A stretch of 64,000 nucleotides of DNA from Pseudogracilibacillus sp. (GTDB taxonomy: Bacteria > Bacillota > Bacilli > Bacillales > Amphibacillaceae): contig DATGRY010000117.1 in assembly GCA_035303165.1 (NCBI GenBank), positions 2,002-66,001 of the forward strand, given 5' to 3'. The notes under the pieces are model-generated. The model was not told the DNA's origin and searched no databases. It saw nothing but the letters and a program-made list of their open reading frames with translations. Of this stretch, positions 30,428-43,593 are shown in pieces (position 1 is the first letter of the stretch; every line of letters starts with the position of its first letter). The position numbers were made by a program, and so were the translations under genes.

Positions 30428-31804
30428 TTATTTTCCGAGACAAAACTGTGAAAACAATTGATCGATTAATTGTTCACTCGCTGTTTCGCCAATAATTTCC
30501 CCTAAAAATTCCCACGTTCTCGTTACATCAATTTGTACGAGATCGAGGGGAACACCTGTTTTTAATGCTTCTTCTGCATCGCGAAGTGCCTCTTTCGCTT
30601 TATTTAATAAATGAATATGACGTACGTTTGAAATGAACATCTCTTCGGATCTAGAAACATGACCAGAAAAGAACATCGACGATAACGTTTCTTCCAACTG
30701 ATCGATTCCTTCATCACGTATGAGCGACATAAATATTAAAGGTCGATTACCGATCATTTGCTTTAACTCGTCAACATTCAATTGTTTTTCAAGGTCCGCT
30801 TTATTAACGATCACGATAAAATTTGTATCGTTTAAGATGTGTAAAATTGCTTCATCTTCTTCCGTCAACGGTTCGCTATAGTTGACCATAAATAAAACAA
30901 GTTCGGCTTCAGATAAAATTTTTCGTGAACGTTCCACACCAATTTTTTCTACAACATCTTCTGTTTCACGAATACCCGCTGTATCGATTAAACGAAGTGG
31001 AATACCGCGTACATTTACGTATTCTTCGATCACATCACGCGTCGTTCCTGGGATATCAGTTACAATTGCTTTTTCTTCTTGTACGAGTGTATTTAATAGC
31101 GATGACTTACCTACATTCGGTCTACCGATAATTGCTGTCTTAATTCCATCCCGCATAATTTTCCCTTGTTTTGCAATTTGTAAAAGTCGTACTAGTTCAT
31201 TATAAACGACTGAAATTTTTTCCTCCATAAGCTCATGTGACATTTCTTCTACATCATCGTATTCTGGATAATCGATATTTACTTCAACGTGAGCAATCGT
31301 CTCGATGAGTTCGGAACGAAGTTTCTTAATTAAACGAGAAAGTTTTCCATCTAATTGAGTCAGTGCAACTTTCATTGCTTCGTTCGTTTTCGCTTCGATT
31401 ATATCCATAACTGCCTCTGCTTGTGATAAATCTATTCGACCATTTAAAAAAGCACGTTTCGTAAATTCGCCCGGTTCTGCAAGACGTGCTCCCTTTTCTA
31501 ATACAATATCTAAAATTCGTTGTACGGCAATCATTCCACCGTGACAATTTATTTCAACGACATCCTCACACGTGTACGTACGAGGTGCTCGCATAATTGT
31601 AACGAGTACTTCATCTATTTGTAAATCCGTTTTCGGATCGATTAATTTCCCATAATGAATCGTATGACTATCCACATGGTGTAAATTTTTCCCTTGAAAC
31701 AACGTATTCACAATGTGTATAGCATCTTTTCCACTTACACGAACGATCGAAATCGCTCCCTCACCTACCGGTGTTGAAATTGCAACGATCGTATCCATTT
31801 CCAT
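30428..31804 (-). CDS. mnmE: tRNA modification GTPase MnmE (TrmE/ThdF)
   Basis: The N terminus is DTIVAISTP, the G domain has [12 protein letters not shown] / DTAGIR, and the C terminus is FCLGK. The start was set at the ATG 9 nt after GAGGAG. Confidence 0.95.
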   Translation of the reverse strand: MEMDTIVAISTPVGEGAISIVRVSGKDAIHIVNTLFQGKNLHHVDSHTIHYGKLIDPKTDLQIDEVLVTIMRAPRTYTCEDVVEINCHGGMIAVQRILDIVLEKGARLAEPGEFTKRAFLNGRIDLSQAEAVMDIIEAKTNEAMKVALTQLDGKLSRLIKKLRSELIETIAHVEVNIDYPEYDDVEEMSHELMEEKISVVYNELVRLLQIAKQGKIMRDGIKTAIIGRPNVGKSSLLNTLVQEEKAIVTDIPGTTRDVIEEYVNVRGIPLRLIDTAGIRETEDVVEKIGVERSRKILSEAELVLFMVNYSEPLTEEDEAILHILNDTNFIVIVNKADLEKQLNVDELKQMIGNRPLIFMSLIRDEGIDQLEETLSSMFFSGHVSRSEEMFISNVRHIHLLNKAKEALRDAEEALKTGVPLDLVQIDVTRTWEFLGEIIGETASEQLIDQLFSQFCLGK

Positions 31805-31884
31805 GTTTAACATCTCCTCATTATATCCACCGTATAGCTTATCGCTAATAGCTTAGAATACCATAAATGAAACAAAAAATAAAC

Positions 31885-31903
31885 TTATCCACAATGTGAA
31901 TAA
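31885..31903. promoter_or_regulatory. palindromic pair of DnaA boxes in the jag-mnmE spacer
   Basis: A perfect TTATCCACA (31885-31893) and TGTGAATAA (31895-31903, 1 mismatch) face each other 1 nt apart. Confidence 0.65.
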
Positions 31904-31949
31904 GTTTATCATGTACAAATCAATCATTTCAACGTTGTATTATTTTTTA

Positions 31950-32570
31950 CTATTGTTCCGGACTTATAATAATGTAACGGTGCGGCTCTTTTCCGTCTGA
32001 ATACGTAGATATATTTGGAACGTCTTGCAATGCACTATGAATAATTTTTCGTTCATACGCAGGCATTGGATCAAGGGCTACTTTTCGATTAATCTTTTGC
32101 GCTTTATTCGCCATTTTATGAGCGAGATCAATTAACGTCTCTCTCCGGCGTTCGCGATAACCCTCGGCATCGACGATTACGGACGTATATTGTCTACTTT
32201 CTTTATTCAAAACGAGTTGTGTTAAATATTGTAACGCATTTAACGTGCGTCCTCGTTTACCTATTAAAATAGCGATGTTTTCACCACTTAAACGATACGT
32301 AATTTGACGATCATCTTCTTCTACATCAATATGTACATGAACGCCCATATTGTTACATACATCTTTTAAAAACTCACTCGCTATATGCACATTATTACGC
32401 TTTTCCCTTACTTTTACGACGGCACGAACCGAACCAAATATACCTAAAAATCCTTTTTTCCCTTCATCAATTACTTCAATATCTACTTCATCTTTTGAAA
32501 GGTTTAACTGCTCTAATGCCGATTGAATCGCTTCATCAACAGTTTCGCCGCTAGCAGTTATTTCTCTCAC
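31950..32570 (-). CDS. jag: RNA-binding protein Jag (KhpB/EloR; KH + R3H domains)
   Basis: The sequence [19 protein letters not shown]...KKGFLGIFG is present. It overlaps the yidC stop by 4 nt. Confidence 0.9.
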   Translation of the reverse strand: MREITASGETVDEAIQSALEQLNLSKDEVDIEVIDEGKKGFLGIFGSVRAVVKVREKRNNVHIASEFLKDVCNNMGVHVHIDVEEDDRQITYRLSGENIAILIGKRGRTLNALQYLTQLVLNKESRQYTSVIVDAEGYRERRRETLIDLAHKMANKAQKINRKVALDPMPAYERKIIHSALQDVPNISTYSDGKEPHRYIIISPEQ

Positions 32571-33349
32571 TTTTTTCCTCCCCCTGTATCCGCTTCTTTC
32601 ATCATTGGCTTACGAATAAATAACGTTTGTGCAACCATGAAAATGTTACCAACTACCCAATAAAGTGCAAGTGCAGCAGGGAAGAAAAATGCAATGACTG
32701 TAATCATTATTGGCATCATATATAGCATTGCTACCATTTGTGGGTTCTGTGCTGCAGAACTTCCCGCCATCATCAATTTCTGTTGTAAAAATGTCGCTGC
32801 ACCAGCGATGATCGGTAAAATATAATCTGGCGAGTCGAGTGCAAACCATAAAAATGTATGTCCTTCAATCGCTTTCGTACGCATAATTGCATGGTACATG
32901 GCAATTAAAATTGGCATTTGAACGATGATCGGCAAACAACCTGCTAGTGGATTTACACCGTGTTTTTGGAATAATGCCATCGTCTCTTGTTGTAATTTCT
33001 GCTGTGTCTTTGCATCTTTTGAGCTATATTTTTCTTGTAACGCCTTTAATTCTGGCTGAATATCTTGCATCGCTTTTGAACTTTGTAACTGTTTTATGTT
33101 TAACGGTAATAATAAAAGACGAATAATAATTGTTACGATGACAATCGATAATCCGAAATTATCATTAAAAAGATCAGCAAAATATGTAATGAGCCAAGAC
33201 ATCGGATAAACGAAATATTGGTTCCATACTCCCGTACTCTCCGCGTTGATCGGTTCGTTAATTTGAGAACAACCCGAGATAACTACGACAATTCCAATCA
33301 GTAGGAATATCGGGACTAATTTGTTACGCAATCGATTTCCTCCTAACAT
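32567..33349 (-). CDS. yidC: membrane protein insertase YidC (SpoIIIJ-type lipoprotein)
   Basis: It has the lipobox ISGCS and the YidC core [16 protein letters not shown]. Confidence 0.92.
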   Translation of the reverse strand: MLGGNRLRNKLVPIFLLIGIVVVISGCSQINEPINAESTGVWNQYFVYPMSWLITYFADLFNDNFGLSIVIVTIIIRLLLLPLNIKQLQSSKAMQDIQPELKALQEKYSSKDAKTQQKLQQETMALFQKHGVNPLAGCLPIIVQMPILIAMYHAIMRTKAIEGHTFLWFALDSPDYILPIIAGAATFLQQKLMMAGSSAAQNPQMVAMLYMMPIMITVIAFFFPAALALYWVVGNIFMVAQTLFIRKPMMKEADTGGGKK

Positions 33350-33364
33350 AAAAAAAGATACAAC

Positions 33365-33706
33365 TTAATTATGTATTAATCTAAGCCGTTTTAAAAGATG
33401 GTAAATACTTTTTTTAACTCGCTCATAGGGTAAACCGACACTATTTTGACGAGCAATAATAATGATATCAACTTTCGGTGAAATATTTTGTTCAAGTTCA
33501 CGAAACGCCTCACGAATTAATCGTTTCAATCGATTTCGCGTAACGGCATTTCCTAATTTTTTTCCAACCGATATACCGACCCGAAAATGATTTCCATCCT
33601 GTTTTTCTTTATAGTATATGACAAATTCACGATTTGCAAAAGATTTACCGGATTGTATAACTGCCTGGAACTCACTATTTTTTTTCACTCGGTACGCTTT
33701 TTTCAT
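33365..33706 (-). CDS. rnpA: ribonuclease P protein component
   Basis: The RNR motif AVTRNRLKRLIRE is present, the length is 113 aa, and it lies downstream of rpmH. Confidence 0.93.
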   Translation of the reverse strand: MKKAYRVKKNSEFQAVIQSGKSFANREFVIYYKEKQDGNHFRVGISVGKKLGNAVTRNRLKRLIREAFRELEQNISPKVDIIIIARQNSVGLPYERVKKSIYHLLKRLRLIHN

Positions 33707-33781
33707 CGTACATCACCTTTTACAATAACAACGTTTTCATCTAAAAACTGAAAAAGACCACTGAGAAGCTTTTCCAGTGGC

Positions 33782-33916
33782 CTATGCAGATAAATTTTTT
33801 CTTCCTTTACGACGACGTCTTGCAATAATTTTACGTCCATTTTTCGTACTCATACGAGCACGGAAGCCGTGTAACTTCTTACGCTTTCTATTTTTCGGTT
33901 GAAATGTTCGTTTCAT
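33782..33916 (-). CDS. rpmH: 50S ribosomal protein L34
   Basis: The hand translation is [44 protein letters not shown], with RBS AGAGGAGGTG. It is below the ORF-track size cutoff. Confidence 0.95.
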   Translation of the reverse strand: MKRTFQPKNRKRKKLHGFRARMSTKNGRKIIARRRRKGRKNLSA

Positions 33917-34130
33917 TTCAAACACCTCCTCTTATCTATAAACGAATTCATTTTTTAAAAGTGAATACATTTCATTAACGTACATATATATAATCATACG
34001 TACATTGCTTACAGTTTGTTTCACAAGACATAAATCCGTCCAAATAATTATACGTAATAGTTCTCTAATAGTCAATTGCAAACGTCATTTTTAGTTTTAC
34101 CAATAAATTAAATAAAACTTCCTTTCATTC

Positions 34131-34434
34131 CTATCCACATCGTCTCTTTTCAATTTCCCACATTATATTCACACGTGGAAAAAATGGTCCGCGTTTATTC
34201 TACAATTACCGACATTTTTTCCACAAAAATAACAATTGTGAATAAGAAAAAAATAAAGATGCGTGAAATTCTGGATAACTTCGAAAAACCGTTGCAAAAT
34301 CTTACAAATTTTGATACTCTTATTATGCTTCACTTTGTTGATAACTTTTCTTATCCACCTAATTATTCACAGCTTGTGGATAATTTAAAAATCTTTTTCA
34401 CTTCTTGTTAATATATTATACAGATTGTGAATAA
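34131..34434. other. oriC part 1: DnaA-box cluster upstream of dnaA
   Basis: One box is perfect: TGTGGATAA at 34376-34384. One-mismatch boxes are at 34131 (CTATCCACA), 34217 (TTTTCCACA), 34238 (TGTGAATAA), 34270 (TCTGGATAA), 34337 (TGTTGATAA), 34351 (TTATCCACC), 34364 (TTATTCACA) and 34426 (TGTGAATAA). Confidence 0.85.
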
Positions 34435-34551
34435 CTTTCATATAAAAATATAAAAAACGTATATTCCTTTCCTTCTTTCCGGCCTTTTTATTCGGAATTA
34501 GCGAAAGGATTTTTAAACTTTACCGGATTTATTTATAAAGAGGTGTAGTAA

Positions 34552-35904
34552 TTGGAAAACATTGAAGAGCTCTGGCAATACATCTTAAATGAAATGAAAG
34601 AAAAAATTAGTAAGCCTAGTTATGACACTTGGTTAAGTCAAACAAAAGTGAAAAATGTTATCGATCAAGAGCTAACTATTTTAGTTCCTAACGATTTTAT
34701 TAAAAATTGGTTAGATAAGCGTTATACCGGTGTCATTAATACGTTATTATATGAAATGACCGGTGAAGAAATGAATGTAAAATTTGAAATAGAAGGCGAA
34801 GAAGAACAAGTTGAATCCGCTACAAATCCGACAGAAAACGTAACGTATGCAAAAGAACATCCGTTTACACAAATGTTAAACCCTAAATATACGTTCGATA
34901 CGTTCGTCGTCGGTGCAGCGAATCGTTTTGCGCACGCTGCTGCTCTTGCCGTTGCTGAAGCACCAGCAAAATCTTACAACCCACTCTTTATATACGGTGG
35001 TGTTGGTCTAGGTAAAACCCATTTAATGCATGCGATCGGTCACTATGTAAAGGAATACCATCCGCAATACAACGTAATTTATTTATCTTCTGAAAAATTT
35101 ACGAATGAATTTATTAATGCGATTATGGATAATAAAACAGAATATTTTCGTAACAAATACCGAAATGTCGATATTTTACTCGTTGACGACATTCAATTTT
35201 TAGCTGGAAAAGAACAGACACAAGAAGAGTTTTTTCACACGTTCAATACGTTACATGAAGAAAATAAACAAATTATTATTTCGTCAGACCGACCACCGAA
35301 AGAAATTCCGACGTTAGAAGACCGACTTCGTTCACGTTTTGAATGGGGACTTATAACAGATATCTCTCCTCCTGATTTAGAAACGAGAATTGCGATACTC
35401 TCTAAGAAAGCAAAAGCAGAAGGATTAAACGACATTCCTAATGAAGTAATGCTTTATATCGCAAATCAAATCGATACGAACATTCGTGAACTAGAAGGGG
35501 CACTTATACGTGTGATTGCTTATTCATCCTTAATCAATCAAGATATCGATACGAAACTAGCACAAGATGCGCTAAAAGACATTATCCCGACAAAAGGCGC
35601 ACGGAAAATAACGATAAAAGGAATTCAAACATACATAGCCCAGCGCTACAACGTAACGGTAGAAGATTTTTTATCGAAAAAAAGAACGAACGCGATCGCA
35701 TTTCCACGACAAATTGCCATGTACATTTCTCGTGAACTGACAGATTTATCTCTTCCAAAAATTGGCGATGAATTCGGTGGTAGAGACCATACGACCGTTA
35801 TCCATGCACATAAAAAGATACATGAAATGATCGAAAATGATGTTCAGTTTGCTGAAGAAATAAATACGTATATAGATGACATTAAAAATCATCAGACAGT
35901 TTAA
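34552..35904 (+). CDS. dnaA: chromosomal replication initiator protein DnaA
   Basis: The Walker A is [15 protein letters not shown] and the DnaA signature [11 protein letters not shown] is present. TTG start after RBS AAGAGGTG. Confidence 0.97.
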   Translation: MENIEELWQYILNEMKEKISKPSYDTWLSQTKVKNVIDQELTILVPNDFIKNWLDKRYTGVINTLLYEMTGEEMNVKFEIEGEEEQVESATNPTENVTYAKEHPFTQMLNPKYTFDTFVVGAANRFAHAAALAVAEAPAKSYNPLFIYGGVGLGKTHLMHAIGHYVKEYHPQYNVIYLSSEKFTNEFINAIMDNKTEYFRNKYRNVDILLVDDIQFLAGKEQTQEEFFHTFNTLHEENKQIIISSDRPPKEIPTLEDRLRSRFEWGLITDISPPDLETRIAILSKKAKAEGLNDIPNEVMLYIANQIDTNIRELEGALIRVIAYSSLINQDIDTKLAQDALKDIIPTKGARKITIKGIQTYIAQRYNVTVEDFLSKKRTNAIAFPRQIAMYISRELTDLSLPKIGDEFGGRDHTTVIHAHKKIHEMIENDVQFAEEINTYIDDIKNHQTV

Positions 35905-35931
35905 TCACAATGTTAAATAATTACTCACAAG

Positions 35932-36037
35932 TTATACACATTGTGGAAAGTTATTATTTAAGCAAAGAAACAATGTTATCAACAATGTTAACAGCACTTA
36001 TGATGATGAATATATATTATTAATAAATATATATGCC
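35932..36037. other. oriC part 2: DnaA boxes plus A/T-only DNA unwinding element between dnaA and dnaN
   Basis: Boxes are TTATACACA at 35932-35940, CTTTCCACA (reverse strand) at 35942-35950, and TTATCAACA at 35976-35984. A 26-nt run of only A/T spans 36009-36034. Confidence 0.75.
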
Positions 36038-36054
36038 AATTGAAGGAGGAAAAA

Positions 36055-37194
36055 ATGAATTTAACGATTAAAAAGAAATATTTACAAGATGCAATTCAAG
36101 CAGTTACCCATGCGATTACTTCTAGAACAGTTATTCCAATTCTTTCAGGATTAAAATTCGATGTAGAAGACAATAAAGTTGTATTAACCGGTAGTAACTC
36201 TGATATTACAATTCAAACAGCAATTCATGCGATGATAGAGGATGTAGAAATAATTTCCTATGCGCAACCTGGATCGATCGTATTACCGATTCCACATTTT
36301 TCGGAGATTATTAAAAAACTACCAGATGAAACGGTACATATTGAAGTACAGGACAATTTTAAAACGGTCATTACATCGGGAAAAGCAGTCTTTACAATAT
36401 ATGGACAAAGTAGCGAAGAATATCCACAAATTCCGATTCAAGAAAATGACGATCCGCTATTGTTAAAAGGAAAACAATTAGAGACATTAATTAAACAGAC
36501 AGTATTTGCAGTTTCACCGACTGAAACTCGTCCCATTTTAACAGGGGTACACGTCTCTTTTGAACATAATTCTATAGTCTTTACTGCAACAGATAGTCAC
36601 CGTCTAGCTTTACGTTCGTTTCCGATCGATACAGCAGACGTTTCTGAACGTGAAAGTGTCGTCATTCCGGGGAAAAATTTACAAGAATTAACGAAGCTCA
36701 TTACAGATCCAGAAGCTACGATAAAAATATCATTCTTACATAATCAAATTTTGTTTGCGTTTAATGAAACGTACTTTTTATCCCGTTTATTAACAGGTAA
36801 TTATCCAGATACATCACGGTTAATTCCAACAGAAAAAGAAACGACAATCCATGCATTTACAAAAGATTTAATTCAAACGATTGAACGAGCAGATCTTTTA
36901 TCGAGTCGAGATCAAAACAACGTCATTCGTTTAGATACATTAGGCGATAACATGCTTGAAATATCGAGTAATTCTCCAGAAATAGGGAATGTAGAAGAAC
37001 AATTAGAAGCAATTGCAATTGAGGGAGAACCGTTAAAAATATCGTTTAGCTCTAGATATATGCTAGACACGTTAAAAACAATCGATAGTGAACGGATTCA
37101 AATTGATTTTACAGGGACGATGCGCCCATTTGTCATTCGTACGCCAGAAGATGAAAATATTTTACAACTTATATTACCAGTTCGAACTTTTTAA
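36055..37194 (+). CDS. dnaN: DNA polymerase III beta sliding clamp
   Basis: The start was set at MNLTIKKK, 5 nt after GAAGGAGGA, because the ORF-track TTG lies in the RBS. Length fits a three-domain clamp and the gene follows dnaA. Confidence 0.95.
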   Translation: MNLTIKKKYLQDAIQAVTHAITSRTVIPILSGLKFDVEDNKVVLTGSNSDITIQTAIHAMIEDVEIISYAQPGSIVLPIPHFSEIIKKLPDETVHIEVQDNFKTVITSGKAVFTIYGQSSEEYPQIPIQENDDPLLLKGKQLETLIKQTVFAVSPTETRPILTGVHVSFEHNSIVFTATDSHRLALRSFPIDTADVSERESVVIPGKNLQELTKLITDPEATIKISFLHNQILFAFNETYFLSRLLTGNYPDTSRLIPTEKETTIHAFTKDLIQTIERADLLSSRDQNNVIRLDTLGDNMLEISSNSPEIGNVEEQLEAIAIEGEPLKISFSSRYMLDTLKTIDSERIQIDFTGTMRPFVIRTPEDENILQLILPVRTF

Positions 37195-37200
37195 TAGACA

Positions 37201-37240
37201 AAAAGCTCTTAAATTTACAAAGAGCTTTTTATTTTTGTTT
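37201..37240 (+). terminator. intrinsic terminator after dnaN
   Basis: A 10-bp stem AAAAGCTCTT/AAGAGCTTTT is followed by a T-rich run. Confidence 0.7.
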
Positions 37241-37403
37241 AAAACTCGTTTTAAGACTATTTAAGAACAATTTAGGATAAAGTAAGGGTAAAACTTTCAA
37301 TAACGTTAAAACTTTAGTAAAATAGTAAATAAGAAGATTTAAAGTGTATCCGCTATTTTCTACTAATAAAATACGGTTATTTAACAATAGAAAAGGATAT
37401 GAG

Positions 37404-37640
37404 ATGATGAAAATTATAGAAATTGATGATCAGTTTATCACTTTAAATCAATTGTTAAAACTGACAAATGAATTCGAGTCCGGTGGTGCCATTAAAATAT
37501 ACATTCGCACAGAAGGCGTACTCGTAAACGGTGAGCTCGACTTTCGGAGAGGACGAAAACTTTTCCATAACGATTACGTGACGCTTAAACATAATGATGT
37601 AACGTACGTCATAAAAGAAAAAGGTAAGCCGATACAATGA
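37404..37640 (+). CDS. yaaA: S4-like RNA-binding protein YaaA (RlbA)
   Basis: The motif ITLNQLLKLTNEFESGGAIK...VNGE...RRGRKL is present. The start was set at MMKIIE, 6 nt after AAAGGA. Confidence 0.85.
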   Translation: MMKIIEIDDQFITLNQLLKLTNEFESGGAIKIYIRTEGVLVNGELDFRRGRKLFHNDYVTLKHNDVTYVIKEKGKPIQ

Positions 37641-37649
37641 GGAATTCAC

Positions 37650-38765
37650 ATGTTTATTAATGAATTATCGTTACAAAACTATCGTAACTATCGCTCGCTC
37701 GACATTACGTTTGATAACAAAATAAATGTGATTAAAGGTGAAAATGCACAAGGAAAAACGAATTTACTTGAATCGATTTACTTACTCGCTTTTACAAAAT
37801 CGTATCGAGCTAGTACGGATCGAGAGCTTATTTTATGGGACAGTCCATTTGCTAAAGTTTCAACTACAGTTGAAAAAAAGAATGGACAGACTATTCCTCT
37901 TGAACTAATTATCCATGAAAACGGAAAGAAAGCGAAGGTAAATAACCTTGAGCAACCAAAGTTGAGTGATTATATCGGCATACTTAATATCGTTATGTTT
38001 GCACCGGAAGACCTTGCTCTTGTGAAAGGAGCACCACAAAACCGGCGACGTTTTATCGATATGGAACTTGGTCAAATAGACACGCTTTATTTATACAACC
38101 TAGGGCAATATCAAAAAGTATTAAAACAACGTAACTCATTGTTACGAAATATGCAACAAAATAACTTGCAAGATGACACGTACTTGCAAGTTTTAACTGA
38201 ACAGTTAGCACACTTTGCAAGCTTCATTATTGAGAAGCGTTTCTCTTTTATACAAATGTTACGCGAGTGGGCAAGTAATATCCATTACAGTATAAGTCGT
38301 GAGCAAGAATTGCTGACGATTTCTTATGAAGCGACTGTTGAAGTATTAGAAGATGACGAACGGGAGAAAATAGAAAATAGTTATTTGGATGCGTTTCGAA
38401 AAGTGAGAGAACGAGAATTACGGCTCGGTACAACCGCGCTCGGACCACACCGTGATGATATGACATTTTTTATAAATGATAAAGAAGTGAAACAGTTCGG
38501 ATCGCAAGGGCAACAACGGACAACAGCGTTATCGTTGAAGCTAGCTTGTATTGATTTAATTTATGATCAAGTAAAGGAATATCCGATATTGTTACTTGAT
38601 GATGTGTTAAGTGAACTAGATGATTATCGCCAATCCCATTTACTCACTACGATTCAACATAAAGTACAAACATTTGTTACGACGACGACGATCGATGGGA
38701 TCCACCACGAAACGTTGCAAAATGCTGCGATCTATACGATAGAAAATGGTGTCGTACTTATGTAA
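37650..38765 (+). CDS. recF: DNA replication/repair protein RecF
   Basis: The Walker A is [12 protein letters not shown], the signature is GSQGQQRT, and the Walker B is [11 protein letters not shown]. Confidence 0.95.
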   Translation: MFINELSLQNYRNYRSLDITFDNKINVIKGENAQGKTNLLESIYLLAFTKSYRASTDRELILWDSPFAKVSTTVEKKNGQTIPLELIIHENGKKAKVNNLEQPKLSDYIGILNIVMFAPEDLALVKGAPQNRRRFIDMELGQIDTLYLYNLGQYQKVLKQRNSLLRNMQQNNLQDDTYLQVLTEQLAHFASFIIEKRFSFIQMLREWASNIHYSISREQELLTISYEATVEVLEDDEREKIENSYLDAFRKVRERELRLGTTALGPHRDDMTFFINDKEVKQFGSQGQQRTTALSLKLACIDLIYDQVKEYPILLLDDVLSELDDYRQSHLLTTIQHKVQTFVTTTTIDGIHHETLQNAAIYTIENGVVLM

Positions 38766-38791
38766 AAAGTGAAAGAAAGGGGAAGAGGCGA

Positions 38792-39082
38792 ATGTTTATT
38801 TACATCGGAAATAACGAGCTCATTAAAACAGAATCGATTATTGCAATTATAGATAGTGAACTATCCGAGTACTCGGAATATAACGAACGATTAATTTCCG
38901 AACACCGTAAAGTAGGTAAGATTTTCGGCTCAAAAGATGATGCAAAGTCGATCATCATCACAAAAGAAGAAATTTATTATAGTCCGTTAGCGACATTAAC
39001 GTTAAAAAACCGCGATGCTTTATATGAAGAAATGAACAAAAATTACGGGGTGAAATTTAAATTTGTCAATGTTGACAAATAA
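38792..39082 (+). CDS. remB: DUF370 protein RemB (YaaB)
   Basis: The N terminus MFIYIGNNELIKTESIIAIID fits the family, and the gene sits between recF and gyrB. Confidence 0.8.
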   Translation: MFIYIGNNELIKTESIIAIIDSELSEYSEYNERLISEHRKVGKIFGSKDDAKSIIITKEEIYYSPLATLTLKNRDALYEEMNKNYGVKFKFVNVDK

Positions 39083-39116
39083 AGTAGTTGGAACCTTAAC
39101 TTAGAAATGAAGGTGA

Positions 39117-41045
<1,929 letters not shown>

Positions 41046-41078
41046 ACGTTACTGCCAAGATGCGGGAGGTAAAAATAA

Positions 41079-43547
41079 TTGGAACAGCACTCAAATATCG
41101 AACAAATAAATATTAGCGATGAAATGCGTACATCTTTTCTAGACTATGCAATGAGTGTGATCGTTGCACGTGCTTTACCAGATGTACGCGATGGATTAAA
41201 ACCGGTTCATCGTCGTATTTTATATGCCATGCACGACTTAGGAATGACAGCTGATAAACCGTATAAAAAATCAGCTAGAATTGTCGGGGAAGTAATCGGG
41301 AAATATCACCCGCACGGTGATTCAGCTGTATATGATGCGATGGTACGTATGGCGCAAGATTTCAGTCACCGCTATTTATTAGTCGATGGTCACGGTAACT
41401 TCGGTTCTGTCGATGGGGATTCAGCGGCGGCAATGCGTTATACGGAAGCACGAATGTCGCGACTGTCGATGGAACTTTTACGCGACATAAACAAAGATAC
41501 GATCGATTTCGTTAGTAACTATGACGATTCTGAAAAAGAGCCAGCAGTGTTCCCGGCGCGTTTTCCAAATTTACTCGTTAACGGTTCGTCGGGAATTGCC
41601 GTTGGCATGGCAACGAACATTCCACCACACAATTTAAAAGAGACAATCGATGCCGTATTAGCGATCAGTAAAGATCCAGATATAACAGTTGACGAATTAA
41701 TGGAACAATATATTCACGGCCCTGATTTTCCAACAGCAGGAATGATTCTCGGTCGTAGTGGAATTCGTAAAGCATATGAAACGGGAAGAGGCTCTATTAC
41801 GATTCGTGCGAAAGTGGATATAGAAGAACATGATAACGGCACATCAACGATTATCGTAAAAGAATTACCGTACCAAGTAAATAAAGCAAAATTAATTGAA
41901 AAAATTGCTGAGCTCGTTCGCGATAAACGAATTGACGGAATTACTGAATTAAATGATGAATCAGACCGGAATGGAATGCGTATCGTCATGCGCGTTCGTC
42001 GTGACGTAAACGTCGATGTTTTATTAAACAACTTATACAAAAATACGGCGTTACAGACGACGTTCGGTATTAATATGCTAGCACTCGTTGATGGCAGACC
42101 GAAAATTTTAACGTTAAAACAATGTTTGCAACATTATTTAAATCACCAAATTGAAATTATTCGACGCCGAACACAGTTTGATTTAAATAGAGCAGAAGCA
42201 CGCGCACACATTTTAGAAGGCTTGCGCATAGCATTAAATCATTTAGACGAAGTAATCGCACTCATTCGTAACTCAGAGACGGCAGAAATTGCAAGAAATG
42301 GTTTAATGGAAAACTTCAGTCTAACTGAAAAACAAGCACAAGCTATTTTAGATATGCGTTTGAAACGTTTAACAGGTTTAGAACGTGAAAAAATTGAAGA
42401 CGAATATCGAGAATTGCTCAAGTTGATTGAAGAGTTAAAAGCAATTTTAGCTGATGAAGAAAAGGTATTACAAATTATTCGTGATGAACTAACGGAAATT
42501 AAGGAGAAATTCGGCGATGAACGACGTACAGAAATAGCAGTAGGTACAGTCGACTTTTTCGAAGATGAAGATTTAATTCCGGAAGAAAATATTATTATTT
42601 CGTTAACGCATCGCGGCTATATTAAGCGACTACCTGCTTCAACTTATCGTACACAACATCGTGGTGGGCGTGGTATCCAAGGAATGGATACACACGAAGA
42701 CGACTTCGTCGAACATTTAACTTACACATCAACACACGATACAATTTTATTTTTTACGAACAAAGGGAAAGTATATCGCTTAAAAGGATATGAAATTCCG
42801 GAGTTCGGACGGACAGCAAAAGGCATACCGATTATTAACTTGTTGCAAATTGAACAAGGGGAATGGGTAAACACCGTCATATCCGTACGAGACTTTGATG
42901 AAGAAGATTATTTCTTCTTTACGACAAAAACAGGTTTATCAAAAAGAGTACCATTAGCTGATTTCAAAAACATCCGTCGCGGCGGTTTAATTGCTATTCG
43001 TTTACGTGATCATGATGAGCTCATCTCCGTCAGACATACGGACGGAACGAAAGATGTTGTCATTGCAACGAAACAAGGATACGTCATTCGTTTCGATGAA
43101 AAGGTCGTACGTTCGATGGGGCGAGCAACGTTCGGAGTACGTGGTATCGATTTACGTGAAAACGATGAAGTTGTCGCGATGGAAATTCTTGAAGAAAACT
43201 TGTATATATTACACGTTACGAGCAAAGGAATTGGAAAACTGACAGAAGAAGTAGAATATCGAAAGACGAATCGTGGCGGAAAGGGATACTTCTTATGTCG
43301 TTTAACGGAAGAAACAGGACATGTCGTCGCGATGAAAGTTGTTCGTGGTGATGAAGATTTAATGTTAATGACGGAAAAAGGTGTTTTAATACGCATTCCT
43401 GTTGAAGGTATTTCAATTACAGGAAGAAATACACAAGGTGTACGCTTAATTCGTATCCAAGGTGATGAGGAAGTAGCAACGGTTGCAAAAGTAGCAAAAG
43501 AAGATGAAGAAACGGAAGAACAAACGGACGAAAACGAAGCGGAGTAA
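41079..43547 (+). CDS. gyrA: DNA gyrase subunit A
   Basis: The active-site region AAMRYTE and QRDR-like [13 protein letters not shown] are present. The tail is acidic. TTG start, 8 nt after GGGAGGT. Confidence 0.96.
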   Translation: MEQHSNIEQINISDEMRTSFLDYAMSVIVARALPDVRDGLKPVHRRILYAMHDLGMTADKPYKKSARIVGEVIGKYHPHGDSAVYDAMVRMAQDFSHRYLLVDGHGNFGSVDGDSAAAMRYTEARMSRLSMELLRDINKDTIDFVSNYDDSEKEPAVFPARFPNLLVNGSSGIAVGMATNIPPHNLKETIDAVLAISKDPDITVDELMEQYIHGPDFPTAGMILGRSGIRKAYETGRGSITIRAKVDIEEHDNGTSTIIVKELPYQVNKAKLIEKIAELVRDKRIDGITELNDESDRNGMRIVMRVRRDVNVDVLLNNLYKNTALQTTFGINMLALVDGRPKILTLKQCLQHYLNHQIEIIRRRTQFDLNRAEARAHILEGLRIALNHLDEVIALIRNSETAEIARNGLMENFSLTEKQAQAILDMRLKRLTGLEREKIEDEYRELLKLIEELKAILADEEKVLQIIRDELTEIKEKFGDERRTEIAVGTVDFFEDEDLIPEENIIISLTHRGYIKRLPASTYRTQHRGGRGIQGMDTHEDDFVEHLTYTSTHDTILFFTNKGKVYRLKGYEIPEFGRTAKGIPIINLLQIEQGEWVNTVISVRDFDEEDYFFFTTKTGLSKRVPLADFKNIRRGGLIAIRLRDHDELISVRHTDGTKDVVIATKQGYVIRFDEKVVRSMGRATFGVRGIDLRENDEVVAMEILEENLYILHVTSKGIGKLTEEVEYRKTNRGGKGYFLCRLTEETGHVVAMKVVRGDEDLMLMTEKGVLIRIPVEGISITGRNTQGVRLIRIQGDEEVATVAKVAKEDEETEEQTDENEAE

Positions 43548-43593
43548 AGCTTTCGTCCGTTTGTTATACGATTGAAAAGGGGTGAGGCATTGG

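Noticed and set aside
34175-34411. A 78-aa ORF inside the rpmH-dnaA spacer.
   Set aside because: It runs across the DnaA-box array of oriC. It has no RBS and is an AT-rich chance ORF.
36001-36010. The TGATGATGA repeat next to the unwinding element, considered as DnaA-trios.
   Set aside because: The orientation and sequence do not match the described 3'-GAT-5' trio arrangement adjacent to a box. I cannot support the call by eye.
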